A DNA stretch of 37,164 nt from the IMG/VR virus record IMGVR_UViG_3300046411_000790, positions 1 through 37,164 of that record. One strand, written 5' to 3'. This document shows positions 1 to 9,903 of this stretch, in pieces (position 1 is the stretch's first letter; each line of letters opens with the position of its first letter). The translations under genes were made by a program, and so were the position numbers. The notes under the pieces were generated by a model. That model ran no database searches. It saw only the letters and a list, made by a program, of their open reading frames with translations, and was not told the origin of the DNA. The DNA comes from a virus (lineage: Duplodnaviria; Caudoviricetes).

Positions 1-101
1 CTTGCCGCTGACGCTTTTGTGCCGCCTTCAAATTTTTCGTTCTCAGCAATGTACGTTTCATACATTCCTACGATTTGTTCATGAATTGATTGTTCTGACA
101 T
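1..101 (-). CDS. Small protein, 5' part only (MSEQSIHEQIVGMYETYIAENEKFEGGTKASAAR...), resembling Hc1/histone-H1-like small DNA-binding proteins
   Basis: Translated by hand; SD AAGGAG upstream of the ATG at 101; runs off the window edge; the ENEKFxxGxKAxxxR pattern is recalled from Hc1-like phage proteins. Confidence 0.55.
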   Translation of the reverse strand, partial: MSEQSIHEQIVGMYETYIAENEKFEGGTKASAA

Positions 102-113
102 CTTTATCTCCTT

Positions 114-404
114 TTAGTTAATCTTTATGCCGGTTGTTGATTCAATGTATTGGTCTGCCATTCCTTTTTCAGTCTTAGCAATAAACACAATAGTTGATAG
201 ATTAATATCTAGTTCACTATCGCGTCCAACAGTAAAGGTAAATGGCACCATGCCAATTCCGTCTTTAGTCATAGTAAGAGCCATTGGCTTCTTAACTTTC
301 ATTGAATCTTTTTCTTTCTTTAGTAAGCGAGCAATTACTTCTTCACCTGCTACAGTTTTAAAACTAATTGTATCGCCTTCTTTATAAGTTGCTTCTAATA
401 ACAT
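114..404 (-). CDS. Conserved phage hypothetical protein (possible Sm-like fold)
   Basis: 96-aa ORF packed in an operon after the glutaredoxin; AGGA SD; KxxxGEEVIA pattern. Confidence 0.6.
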   Translation of the reverse strand: MLLEATYKEGDTISFKTVAGEEVIARLLKKEKDSMKVKKPMALTMTKDGIGMVPFTFTVGRDSELDINLSTIVFIAKTEKGMADQYIESTTGIKIN

Positions 405-407
405 ATA

Positions 408-683
408 TTATCCTAAACTTTCGCCTGTTCCATTCCATCCGGTTGTTTCAATATAAGAAAGTAATTGTTCGTACCCTCCAATATGTTGACTACCTATAAA
501 AACTTGTGGAGCAGTTCTTGGTGCTGGCAATCCTTTTTCTTCAAAAAGTGCCATAAGTTCACTTGGCTGAATATCAGTACCAAGTGTAAATGTTTTGTAT
601 TCGACATTCATTTTATCAAATACAGCCTTTGCCTTTACGCATGAAGGACAATGCGGCTTGCTATAAATTACTACTTCTTGCAT
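408..683 (-). CDS. Glutaredoxin (RNR electron donor)
   Basis: CPSC active site, TAPQVFI and HIGGY motifs; start overlaps the nrdB stop. Confidence 0.92.
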   Translation of the reverse strand: MQEVVIYSKPHCPSCVKAKAVFDKMNVEYKTFTLGTDIQPSELMALFEEKGLPAPRTAPQVFIGSQHIGGYEQLLSYIETTGWNGTGESLG

Positions 684-1786
684 TATAGACTAAATCCTTT
701 CAGTGAATCCTTGTCTACATCCTGCTTGATGCCGCCAATAATATATGACTCTACTTCAGTCTCTTGTGGAGCCACTTGTAATCCTGACGAACTCAACCAA
801 TGTTGTGTCCAAGGTAGTGGGTTTGTATTAATTGGTCTATCAAACAATGTTTTATATCCAAGTGCTTTTAGTCTTTTGTTTGCGATCCATTCTACATAGT
901 GATGCAACAGTTCTTCATTCAAACCAATTATTGCACCATCTTTAAATAGATAGTTCGCCCAAGCCTTTTCTTCGTTAACACATTCTTGCCACATAGCCAA
1001 TACTTCTTCTTCACACTCTTTAGCAACACTTTGCATTTCTGGATCATCATTACCTTTCAACCAATGCTTTAATACATGAGTTGATAAATTAAGATGTGTT
1101 GCTTCATCACGTGCAATTAAACTAATAATTTTTGCTGAACCTTCCATTACTTTAGATTCTGCAAATGCAAATGTACATGCAAAGGAAACATAAAAACGTA
1201 GTCCTTCTAATATATTTACATTCATCATAGCAAGGAACATCTTCTTTTTGACATCACGTAACGAACCTTCGCCTTTATGGAACCAAAGATCAGCCGCTTC
1301 AGTAAATGCATCATAGTTCTTTGTTACTGCTGTTGCTCTTTTTAAAATTTCTTTATCGTCTAAGATAGTATCAAATACTTCACTTGGATCTGGATACACA
1401 TTTTTCATTATGTGTGTATATGAACGTGAATGAATTGTTTCAAAGAAGTCCCAAGTAACAATACAACCTTCTAGTTCTGGCAAAGATACATATGGCAGAA
1501 AAGCTAGACTAGGTCCACGTCCTTGTACACTATCTAATAATGTTTGATACTTTAAATTACTTGTAAAGATATGCTTTTGCTCTGGACGGAACAATTGATA
1601 GTCTGCTCTATCCTTTTGTAAAGAAACTTCTTCAGCTCTCCAAAAGTAACCTAACATAGTTTGATTAAGTTTATCAAACTCGGGAAATTTAAACACATCA
1701 TATCTTTGTGTGTTTTGATCTGGTCCAAAGAACATAGTGCTCTTTGTAAAGTCTACTTTTTCTTGATTAAATACTGTCTTAGCCAT
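683..1786 (-). CDS. nrdB: Ribonucleotide reductase class Ia beta subunit
   Basis: FWRAEE, LLDSVQGR, ETIHSRSY (Tyr radical), LEGLRFYVSF, RDEATH and QVAPQETE motifs. Confidence 0.97.
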   Translation of the reverse strand: MAKTVFNQEKVDFTKSTMFFGPDQNTQRYDVFKFPEFDKLNQTMLGYFWRAEEVSLQKDRADYQLFRPEQKHIFTSNLKYQTLLDSVQGRGPSLAFLPYVSLPELEGCIVTWDFFETIHSRSYTHIMKNVYPDPSEVFDTILDDKEILKRATAVTKNYDAFTEAADLWFHKGEGSLRDVKKKMFLAMMNVNILEGLRFYVSFACTFAFAESKVMEGSAKIISLIARDEATHLNLSTHVLKHWLKGNDDPEMQSVAKECEEEVLAMWQECVNEEKAWANYLFKDGAIIGLNEELLHHYVEWIANKRLKALGYKTLFDRPINTNPLPWTQHWLSSSGLQVAPQETEVESYIIGGIKQDVDKDSLKGFSL

Positions 1787-1818
1787 TTTTTTTCTCTATA
1801 TCCTCTTTATCTAAATGT

Positions 1819-1847
1819 ATTATAACATTGTATAAGTGCAAAGTCAA
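1819..1847 (-). promoter_or_regulatory. sigma70-type promoter for nrdB
   Basis: TTGACT-17nt-TATAAT on the minus strand. Confidence 0.8.
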
Positions 1848-1850
1848 CCT

Positions 1851-4160
1851 TTATATTGCACATGCCTCACAATGTTCATCATACTCTTCATCTGTACCTG
1901 CAAACTCATCTCTAGCTACAGGCTGTTTTACTTCCTCTACCACATCACCATCTGTTTTATAATCATATGTGTTTTGATAATAAGAAGTTTTCCATCCATA
2001 CTTATACGTGTTTAGCAAATCACCTATCATTACACTCATTGGCACTTCGTTGTTTTCAAAGTGTGTTGGATTGTAACTCCAGTTGCCACTTATAGCTTGA
2101 TCAAAGAACTTTTGCATCATTGCTACAATGTTAATATATCCTTCGTTGCTAGGCATATCCCATAGCAAAGTATAATATTGTTTTAACGATTGGTACTGCG
2201 GAACAACCTGCTTAAGAGGCCCTTTTTTGGACTTCTTAACGGACAAGTAACCTCTAGGTGGTTCGATTCCGTTTGTTGCGTTCGACACAACGGAACTGCT
2301 CTCTGAAGGCATTTGTGCGGACAATGTGCTGTGCCGTAAACCGTGCTGTCGTATGTCATTGCGTAAAGAATCCCAATCATATTTTAACTTAAAGTCTCCT
2401 AGCTCATCAACTTCTTTTTTGTAAGTATCGATCGGCAGTATGCCATCACTATATTTAGTTTGTGCAAAGTAGTCACATGCTCCTCTTTCTTTTGCAAGTT
2501 TATTAGATGCTTTTAACAAATAATATTGGAATGCTTCTGATAGATCATGTACTTTCTTCCAAGCTCTTTTATGGCTATATGATAATTGATGTCTTGCAAG
2601 ATAATGTGCAAGCCCAATATATCCTATACCTAAACTACGTCTAGCCTTTGTGCTAATTTCTGCCGCTTGGATCGGGTATCTTTGGTAATCAATTATTTCT
2701 TCTAATGCCCTAACTGCTAGTTCGCATAGTTCTTCTAAGTCATCTAGTTCTTTAAGTGTACCAACATTAATTGCACTAAGGATACATAAAGCAATCTCAC
2801 CTTCTTTATCGTCAATATGGTTTAGTGGCTTGGTTGGTAGAGTAATTTCTTGACACAAGTTACTCATGTACACTTTGTCTTTGAATGAACTGTGTGTATT
2901 ACAGTGATCAACGTTCATTATGTATATACGTCCTGTTTCAGCACGTTCTTTAATTAATGCTGAAAACAGTTCCATAGCGGGAATAGAACGCTTCTTGATT
3001 GAAGTAGCTCTTTCATATTTTTCATAAAGTTCTTTAAACTCATCAGGATCACCAAAGTATGCTTCGTATAACCCTGGCACATCATGTGGCGAGAAAAGGC
3101 TTATGTTGCCGCTGGTTAACAGCCTTTCATACATAGTTTTATTAAGTTGAATAGAATAATCTAATTTACGTACACGATTGTCTTCTGTGCCTTTGTTGTT
3201 TTTCAGTACAAGGATGTCTTCAATCTCTTGATGCCAAAAAGGAAAATGTGTTGTAGCACTTCCGCCACGTACACCATTTTGTGTACAACAACGTACTGTT
3301 GCTTCAAACTTTTTAAGGAAAGGAACTACGCCTGTGTGTGCAACTTCTCCTCCTCGGATTTTGCTGTTGACTCCTCTGATACGTCCTGCGTTAATACCGA
3401 TACCAGCTCTTTGAGCTGTGTATCTACCGATGGACATGTCTGACGCAAAGATCGAATCGAGCGTGTCGTCACTGTCAACAAGCACACAAGAGGCAAACTG
3501 CCTAACTGGAGTACGCACTCCGGCCATGACCGGCGTTGGGATATTGATTTTAAAAAGTGAGGTCGAGTCATAGTATCTCCTTACATAATGTAACCTATCT
3601 TCTTTTGGATAGTTGGCAAAGAGTGTTGCCGCAATCATCATGTACATGTGTTGTGGAGTTTCAAATAACTCTCCGCTTGATCTATCTTGGACAAGATATT
3701 TGTCCACTACCTGACGCAGACCTGCGTAGGTAAAGTTCTCATCACGCTTGTGATGGATATATGAATCTAGTTTTTGTAATTCATCATCGTTATAAGATTC
3801 TAATATTGCACTATCATAAACACTACGATCAATATTTTTCTTAATCATTTCTTTTAAAGTAATTTTTTCGAAGCCACCGTAAACATCTTTATAGACTCCA
3901 TACAGTAATAGTCTTGCCGCCGCATATTGATAATTAGGTTGTTCTAGTGTAATTAGATCATTTGCTGATCTAACTATTAGATCTTGTATTTCTCTAGATT
4001 TCATTCCCTCTGCAAACTGGATGCCTGCGTTCATTTGTATTAAACTACTACTAACTCCTGCAAGCCCTTCGCATGCAAAGTTAACAACTTTATGTATTTT
4101 TTGGATATCTAACGGAACCAGTGTTCCATCTCTTTTAAGAATATTTAGGTTTTGCTTCAT
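1851..4160 (-). CDS. nrdA: Ribonucleotide reductase class Ia alpha subunit with N-terminal ATP cone
   Basis: KRDG ATP cone, PTPVMAG, ASCVL, SNLCQEI, NGIEP, KTSYY and C-terminal CEACAI. Confidence 0.98.
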   Translation of the reverse strand: MKQNLNILKRDGTLVPLDIQKIHKVVNFACEGLAGVSSSLIQMNAGIQFAEGMKSREIQDLIVRSANDLITLEQPNYQYAAARLLLYGVYKDVYGGFEKITLKEMIKKNIDRSVYDSAILESYNDDELQKLDSYIHHKRDENFTYAGLRQVVDKYLVQDRSSGELFETPQHMYMMIAATLFANYPKEDRLHYVRRYYDSTSLFKINIPTPVMAGVRTPVRQFASCVLVDSDDTLDSIFASDMSIGRYTAQRAGIGINAGRIRGVNSKIRGGEVAHTGVVPFLKKFEATVRCCTQNGVRGGSATTHFPFWHQEIEDILVLKNNKGTEDNRVRKLDYSIQLNKTMYERLLTSGNISLFSPHDVPGLYEAYFGDPDEFKELYEKYERATSIKKRSIPAMELFSALIKERAETGRIYIMNVDHCNTHSSFKDKVYMSNLCQEITLPTKPLNHIDDKEGEIALCILSAINVGTLKELDDLEELCELAVRALEEIIDYQRYPIQAAEISTKARRSLGIGYIGLAHYLARHQLSYSHKRAWKKVHDLSEAFQYYLLKASNKLAKERGACDYFAQTKYSDGILPIDTYKKEVDELGDFKLKYDWDSLRNDIRQHGLRHSTLSAQMPSESSSVVSNATNGIEPPRGYLSVKKSKKGPLKQVVPQYQSLKQYYTLLWDMPSNEGYINIVAMMQKFFDQAISGNWSYNPTHFENNEVPMSVMIGDLLNTYKYGWKTSYYQNTYDYKTDGDVVEEVKQPVARDEFAGTDEEYDEHCEACAI

Positions 4161-4190
4161 CTTACTTCACTTCCTTTATTTAAAAAATAT

Positions 4191-4616
4191 TTAGTGTAAC
4201 GGAGGCAGTTGAATCACCTTTTGTGATACAATGCCTTCTGGTATTAAATTGCTTGTGAATACTTCGTTGTTGTATCCTAAAACAATACTTCCGTCCAAAT
4301 ACACTAGGTACATGTTAACGTCTTTGTTTATGTCCTTACTGATATGTATCTCCACTTTGGCCTTACTAAAACGATCTGTTAACTGTAAAGTATAGGCGTA
4401 TAATAGTGCAATTTCATACTCAGTAAATGAGCTGTTCTCGATTAAGTGCCAAGGTTCTGCCACACTATTTGGATCCCATGCGTTCGTCTTTCGTGAACTA
4501 CGTGGTAAGTCCTTAACAAACTTGCTTAAAAGCTCAAAAGGTTGAGCTGAAGATTCAAGTTCATCTCTTAAATCTTTCCAGACTTTTACTTTGTCTTCAA
4601 ATTTTAATTCATACAT
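4191..4616 (-). CDS. Hypothetical phage protein
   Basis: 141-aa ORF coupled to the upstream gene by a TAATG overlap. Confidence 0.7.
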   Translation of the reverse strand: MYELKFEDKVKVWKDLRDELESSAQPFELLSKFVKDLPRSSRKTNAWDPNSVAEPWHLIENSSFTEYEIALLYAYTLQLTDRFSKAKVEIHISKDINKDVNMYLVYLDGSIVLGYNNEVFTSNLIPEGIVSQKVIQLPPLH

Positions 4617-6232
4617 TAACTTCGAACTTTGATTTTGTAGTTGAATTCACCTTGATCATTTATTATAGAGTTTAACATAGAAACCACTATCGTGTCAACC
4701 CCTGATTGTCCATCTGCGTTAATTGTAGCGGCAGTAAAGGTCAATGCGGTTTCGTAGTTGCTATCACCCTGATATGTATGGTCGTCTACAAAATTTAAAG
4801 TATTGGTTCCTACATCTAGCATAAATTCCATTGTGCCGCTTCTTTGAGCGTTAGCAACAGAACTACTATATGTATAATCAATATTGTATGTCCGACTGTA
4901 GTCACCTGGAAGTCTAAAGAAGTAAGTGGACGATGATGCCTCTTGGACTTCTAGACTGTTAAGGCCGCCAAGTGTAGCGTTTACTTTGCCTTTTATTTCA
5001 GATACGTATTTGTATGTTGAAATATATGTTTGATTGTAACCTAAGTCGGCTGTTCTAGCAAAATAATCTTCTACACTAGAATTACCTGGCTTGTTAAAAT
5101 CAATCACACTATATTGTGCATTACCTTCGTTACCTCCAACGTTACCCACACTCTCAAAGTTATTGTGTGAACTAATATTGTTTGTACCTTGTGTAATAAC
5201 AATAGCTTCTTTGTCAATGTCACTAAATGAACTTTGACTTATTTTATTTTTACATGGTGCTGTTGATTGTCCTTGAGCGCCTAATGATGTTCCTTCACCA
5301 AACATCACACCGTTTCCTAAATTTTGAAAGTAACAGCAATGCCAATGGTTATTATAAATGTCGTCATCACTAGCAATACCTACACTCAATCCGTTAAACA
5401 TAATATGATCGAACTTATTCTGTTGTGTTCCTACTAATGAACTTAATGATTCTAATTCAATACCTGCATTTGCTGTAGTGACTGCTGTTCCTGTTGTCCA
5501 TGGACCTGTAATTTTAATTTCTTTGAAATGACTGTTTTTACAACTTTGCAATCTAATAGCTGGCTTCGCAGTTGATATTGTTTGTATAGTAATACCTTCT
5601 AAATGAATATTACTTGCTTGGTTCAATGTTGTGCTTGAACTGTCGTTAGCATAATTATTTGGTGTACTTGAACTGTTTACTGTTTGAAATACAGTATCAT
5701 TGTCAGTCATGCTGAAAATTGTTTTTTCCATACCGGCACCAAATATTGTACAATAAGGTGGTAGGTAAATAGTATCGGTAACAATATATTTCCCTGCAGG
5801 AATATATAATCTAACTCTACTTTGTTCAGTTCCCTTAGTTGAATTGTTTATGTATAATTGATCAATAGCTCTTTGTATTGCAACAGTTTCGTCTGTAACT
5901 CCATCACCTGTTGCACCAAATGATCTTATGTTTACAATTTCATCTAATCTTTCTTGTAATGTTCTTGTAATTGGAGAAGTTGCACTTGTACCTGTTTGTA
6001 CAGTAACGCCATCTAAATATGTATATGAATCTGCAAGTGAAAATAAATTATCATGCTCTGTAATTATTTTTGTGTTACCAACTGCTGGCGAACCTTCTGC
6101 AACACTGCCGTTACCTATATATAATGCACGATTATCTACTGCCCAGCCAAATTCACCTCCAGCTAACTGCGGAATACCACTTGTGCCTTTACCACGTCTA
6201 ACTTGGATTCTTGAAATTTGTACAACTGCCAT
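4616..6232 (-). CDS. Virion tail/fibre protein with Mtd_N-like N-terminus and pectate-lyase-like beta-helix
   Basis: N-terminal RIQVRRG...LAGGEFGW...LYIGNG; VNIRSFGATGDGVTDET...IPAGKY beta-helix start; Ser/Thr/Asn-rich; late promoter ATAAATA at 6253-6259. Confidence 0.75.
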   Translation of the reverse strand: MAVVQISRIQVRRGKGTSGIPQLAGGEFGWAVDNRALYIGNGSVAEGSPAVGNTKIITEHDNLFSLADSYTYLDGVTVQTGTSATSPITRTLQERLDEIVNIRSFGATGDGVTDETVAIQRAIDQLYINNSTKGTEQSRVRLYIPAGKYIVTDTIYLPPYCTIFGAGMEKTIFSMTDNDTVFQTVNSSSTPNNYANDSSSTTLNQASNIHLEGITIQTISTAKPAIRLQSCKNSHFKEIKITGPWTTGTAVTTANAGIELESLSSLVGTQQNKFDHIMFNGLSVGIASDDDIYNNHWHCCYFQNLGNGVMFGEGTSLGAQGQSTAPCKNKISQSSFSDIDKEAIVITQGTNNISSHNNFESVGNVGGNEGNAQYSVIDFNKPGNSSVEDYFARTADLGYNQTYISTYKYVSEIKGKVNATLGGLNSLEVQEASSSTYFFRLPGDYSRTYNIDYTYSSSVANAQRSGTMEFMLDVGTNTLNFVDDHTYQGDSNYETALTFTAATINADGQSGVDTIVVSMLNSIINDQGEFNYKIKVRS

Positions 6233-6255
6233 TATTTGCTCCTCATATAGTATAT

Positions 6256-6942
6256 TTATCCATGTTTGTCGTAATACTGATATACTCTATCCCACCATTT
6301 TTGTTCCCACTTGTCGAACTCGTCTGGCCATAGATCAAACTGTTGATATTGCAAGTCTCTTGAACACATAAACACATGTCCTTCGCGTATATTGGTGCCA
6401 AATACTTCGTTATGAGCGAGAGCATAGGCTGTGAGCTGTAAGTAATAGTCCTCAACCCATTCTGCTTTCTTAGGCTTGTTTGTTTGTTTAAAGTCCATAA
6501 TAGCTGGATTATTATCGTATGTTCCTACAAGGTCAGTAGTACCTGCATATATCTTAGGATGGAATAGATTTACTTCACAACCCCATATTTCTGTTACATG
6601 ACTCTCTAGCACGTTCTCTCTAATTTGACTAGCCATTTTATGTGCTTGTTGAGCATATGGATTAGAACCAGCTGTAGGCCAATTAGGATATTCTGCTATA
6701 TAATCTTCCAAATACTTGTGCATACGTGTACCAACACTGGCCGCTTCAGTAACAATTTCTTGTGCTTTTTGTTCGCCTACTCGCTTACGCCAAGCAATTA
6801 AATGGGTCTTATCTTTCGTTTTATCAAGGATAGTAGTAACACTTGCGACAGCATTTCCATCTGGACATGCGTATAAACGCTTGCCATCTACTTGCCTACG
6901 CTTAATTTCTTTGTAATCGTACTTCGTTGTAATTAAACTCAT
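6256..6942 (-). CDS. PD-(D/E)XK exonuclease (MGME1/Cas4-like phage family)
   Basis: SVTTIL, GTRMH, AGTTD, IMDFK and QLTAY motifs. Confidence 0.85.
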   Translation of the reverse strand: MSLITTKYDYKEIKRRQVDGKRLYACPDGNAVASVTTILDKTKDKTHLIAWRKRVGEQKAQEIVTEAASVGTRMHKYLEDYIAEYPNWPTAGSNPYAQQAHKMASQIRENVLESHVTEIWGCEVNLFHPKIYAGTTDLVGTYDNNPAIMDFKQTNKPKKAEWVEDYYLQLTAYALAHNEVFGTNIREGHVFMCSRDLQYQQFDLWPDEFDKWEQKWWDRVYQYYDKHG

Positions 6943-6950
6943 TAATTCTC

Positions 6951-7484
6951 CTAGTGTGTATTACCTGTTGGAATGTGATGTCTGTTACACATAGTAACAA
7001 ATACCACAAACAGTGGGTCGTTCTTTTGCTCAGGATCTATGCCTTGTTGGTCTATCCATTTGTCTTGTAATTCGAAAGCATCTATTTCTAATGCTTGTTT
7101 ACAATCAGCACGTTCGTACTCACCATCATAGTATTGAACAAAGTGAACTAGTTCATGTACTAACACCACCTCACGGAAATGATCTTCAACCATGTGTTGT
7201 GTAACTTTATTTGATATAACAATAATGTTTAGGTCGTGATCATAATAACCTGCTATGTTACAGTCATCGTGTCGCTCTACATCAGGATATATAGTTTCAC
7301 AGACTTCTATTGGATCTTTACGCATTACCTGCGGATAAGGATCACCGTGATATTCAAATCTACTGTTGTCTACTATCCATTGCACCATTGACTCTACTGT
7401 ATGGTTTCCGTGTGATGCATTAACAGGATGACAAAACCCTAAGGCTAATACTAATGTAATGAAAAAAGTTTTAAACATCTTCAT
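6951..7484 (-). CDS. Secreted zincin-like protein (HExxH)
   Basis: Signal peptide; VHELVHFVQ followed by a downstream E (LEIDAF). Confidence 0.6.
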   Translation of the reverse strand: MKMFKTFFITLVLALGFCHPVNASHGNHTVESMVQWIVDNSRFEYHGDPYPQVMRKDPIEVCETIYPDVERHDDCNIAGYYDHDLNIIVISNKVTQHMVEDHFREVVLVHELVHFVQYYDGEYERADCKQALEIDAFELQDKWIDQQGIDPEQKNDPLFVVFVTMCNRHHIPTGNTH

Positions 7485-8214
7485 AATACACTGCCTCTAA
7501 TCTTATAGGATTATTACCTGTTGCATGACCTGCTACTCTTGTTGAACAGTTTCCGCCTATACCTTTTAATAATGCTCTTTCTAATTTTGCCTGTTCATAT
7601 GTAAGTTGATGGTTTGCCTTTCTTACAAGAGCATTTGTTGCTTCATCGTCTTTACGTGTTTGTAATGCTATTATACCTTGACCAATAGCTGGAAGGATAG
7701 GCAAACGTTCGTAATCTCTTTTAATATCTAATGCATCAAGTCCTGCTTCTGCAAGTACTATCGCATCATATTCTCCAGCATCTAGTTTTGCAAGTCTTGT
7801 ATCAATGTTACCTCTAATAGGTTTTATTTCTACATTTTGATTAGCATATAACTCTTCTAATTGTGCTTTACGTCTTGGACTACTTGTTCCTAACACAAAG
7901 CCGTCAAATACTTTACCTATCAATACATCATAAGGTCTATTGCGTTCTAATACTGCACAGATATGTAAGTCAGGATGTTCTACATCTCCTGGCATATCTT
8001 TTAAACTATGTACGCCGACATCAATAATTCCATATTTCAAACTGTATTCAATAGCATTGCAGAATACACCTTTGCCGCCTATTTCATGTATAGGAGTATC
8101 TGGATTAAGATCTCCGTCTGTTTGTATAATTTCTATAGTACCTTTGCCTATTGCTTTGATTGCTTTATCAGCATATGATAATGCTAACTTACTTCCTCTT
8201 ACACCTATTCGCAT
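7471..8214 (-). CDS. hemC: Hydroxymethylbilane synthase (porphobilinogen deaminase), C-terminally shortened
   Basis: RGSKLA, TDGD, GGKGVF, VHSLKDMP, GTSSPRR, RGNIDTR, PAIGQG and the cofactor Cys in GGNC. Confidence 0.93.
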   Translation of the reverse strand: MRIGVRGSKLALSYADKAIKAIGKGTIEIIQTDGDLNPDTPIHEIGGKGVFCNAIEYSLKYGIIDVGVHSLKDMPGDVEHPDLHICAVLERNRPYDVLIGKVFDGFVLGTSSPRRKAQLEELYANQNVEIKPIRGNIDTRLAKLDAGEYDAIVLAEAGLDALDIKRDYERLPILPAIGQGIIALQTRKDDEATNALVRKANHQLTYEQAKLERALLKGIGGNCSTRVAGHATGNNPIRLEAVYYEDV

Positions 8215-8215
8215 T

Positions 8216-9007
8216 TTAATTCCACTTCACTAATGGGGGTAACGACATTAGGATAGCATCCATGTTCCCGCCTGTTTTGAAGCCAAACTTAGTACCACGA
8301 TCGTACATAAGATTAAATTCTACATACCTACCTCGTTTGACTAGCTGTATTTGTTTATCTTCTTCTGTATAATCTAAGTCCATTGTTGAAACGACTGTAG
8401 TTTCTAATAAGTCTTTAAACTTAGTTCCAACATTTTTTACAAAATCAAAGTTCATGTCCTTTGGTGAATAGTATTCAAAGAACAAACCTCCAACGCCTCT
8501 TGTTTCTTTTCTATGAGGAAGATAAAAGTAATCGTCACAAGCATCTTTAAACTTTGGATAATATGATGTATCATATTTGTCACACATCTTTTTTAATTCT
8601 GCATGATAAGTTTCTTTGTCAAAAGGTAAACACGGAGTAAAGTCCATACCACCTCCATACCATTCTATTCCTGTCTTCAAATACCTTGTGTTAAAATGCA
8701 TTGCAGGCACTTTAGGATTACGTGGATGTAACACTACACTTATACCAGTTGCTTGATAGTCTAGTTTGTGTTCTGTGCCGGGAATTTCTTTTGCAAACTT
8801 AGGATCAAACTCTCCAGTTACTTTACTAAAATTTACTGTGCCTTTTTCAAATACATTTCCATAGATTGTTTTATGTGATTGCTCCCAACCTTTCCTTGTA
8901 AGAGGTTTATGAGTTGTCATAGGACTATCTAATTTTTCAATTGTATTGCAGATGTCTTGTTGTAATTGTTGAAACCACTCACTAGATATATCAAATAAAC
9001 TTTTCAT
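8216..9007 (-). CDS. hemF: Oxygen-dependent coproporphyrinogen III oxidase
   Basis: FEKGTVNFS, HPRNP..HFNTRY, GGGMDFTP, HRKETRGVGG, RGRYVEFNLMYDRGTKFG and LMSLPP; start placed at ATG 9007 (ATGA overlap with the upstream ORF). Confidence 0.95.
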   Translation of the reverse strand: MKSLFDISSEWFQQLQQDICNTIEKLDSPMTTHKPLTRKGWEQSHKTIYGNVFEKGTVNFSKVTGEFDPKFAKEIPGTEHKLDYQATGISVVLHPRNPKVPAMHFNTRYLKTGIEWYGGGMDFTPCLPFDKETYHAELKKMCDKYDTSYYPKFKDACDDYFYLPHRKETRGVGGLFFEYYSPKDMNFDFVKNVGTKFKDLLETTVVSTMDLDYTEEDKQIQLVKRGRYVEFNLMYDRGTKFGFKTGGNMDAILMSLPPLVKWN

Positions 9008-9252
9008 CCAATCATCCAATTGTATACTGCTCGCATTGCAAGTAACATATACATTAACTCCATACATGCTCTTGGAATGTCTTTGTCTTTTACTGCAAAG
9101 TAAATCCACATAGAACAACTAACACAAGCCATACCCCAACCTATTGCTTGTGTATCTGTGTTAGCATCTGATAATATATAAGCGGCTAGTATGGCTATCA
9201 TAAAACCTAACCATCTGCCTTTATCTAATTTTTGATAGAATCTAATTTTCAT
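9004..9252 (-). CDS. Small membrane protein (about 3 TM segments)
   Basis: 82 aa, hydrophobic; ATGA-coupled to both neighbours. Confidence 0.75.
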   Translation of the reverse strand: MKIRFYQKLDKGRWLGFMIAILAAYILSDANTDTQAIGWGMACVSCSMWIYFAVKDKDIPRACMELMYMLLAMRAVYNWMIG

Positions 9253-9848
9253 GAAACGTCAAAGTCCCAAACTAGACAGCGTCTATTGTCTTCGGTTGGG
9301 TATGCACCATGCCAAACTCTATCGTCCATTACGACTACTCTACCTGGAGTAGGATGAAACTTATGATCATAGGTATAACCATATTGATTTTGCATAACAG
9401 TATACATACAACCGTTAAATTGATTTGTTTTAGAAGGAGTAATATGGTCAAAGAGCATTACACTTGATGCAAATCTTCTATTGCTCTGAGCTATTCTATC
9501 TGTTGAATGAAAGTGTCCAGCCTGCCAACCACCTGGAAAATAATTTATAGTCCACGCTTTTGATTCTTGTCCTTCAGTGCGTTCTGAAATTTGTGTAATA
9601 GGAAGGTCAACTTGTTTAAAACAATCAAGTAACCAATTTTTATATTCTAATCTCTGCTTATCCCACTCGTCGTTCTCTAATGGTTTTTGAATACCATTTA
9701 CTGTGCATGTGCCTTTTGAGATATCAGCTGTAGTAAAGTCAAATAGATCTTCTAAATCTTTGTAGTGTGGGTAAATTGCACTGACGATCCAATGTTGATT
9801 TTGTACTAGATATAGATCAATACCATTTACTTTTTTAAGTAAACTCAT
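9249..9848 (-). CDS. 2OG-Fe(II) oxygenase-like protein
   Basis: W.INY..GG.Q..HFH, then WHG..P and RR double-stranded beta-helix pattern; SD AGGAG. Confidence 0.75.
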   Translation of the reverse strand: MSLLKKVNGIDLYLVQNQHWIVSAIYPHYKDLEDLFDFTTADISKGTCTVNGIQKPLENDEWDKQRLEYKNWLLDCFKQVDLPITQISERTEGQESKAWTINYFPGGWQAGHFHSTDRIAQSNRRFASSVMLFDHITPSKTNQFNGCMYTVMQNQYGYTYDHKFHPTPGRVVVMDDRVWHGAYPTEDNRRCLVWDFDVS

Positions 9849-9870
9849 TTCAAACTCCTAATGTCTGTAT

Positions 9871-9899
9871 ATTATATACTATTTAGACTTGGAAGTCAA
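9871..9899 (-). promoter_or_regulatory. Dual promoter for the oxygenase-hemF-hemC operon
   Basis: TTGACT-17nt-TATAAT with a late-type CTAAATA inside the spacer. Confidence 0.75.
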
Positions 9900-9903
9900 G
9901 TGT

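Noticed and set aside
683-4160. Intron or intein in nrdA/nrdB
   Set aside because: Both ORFs are uninterrupted, of normal length, and show no endonuclease or splicing motifs.
6256-6942. Cas4 of a CRISPR-Cas system
   Set aside because: No four-Cys Fe-S pattern, no other cas genes or array; fits a common phage exonuclease.
9008-9118. N-terminal extension of HemF given in the ORF track
   Set aside because: It overlaps the 82-aa ORF; ATG 9007 gives an ATGA junction and a normal HemF start.
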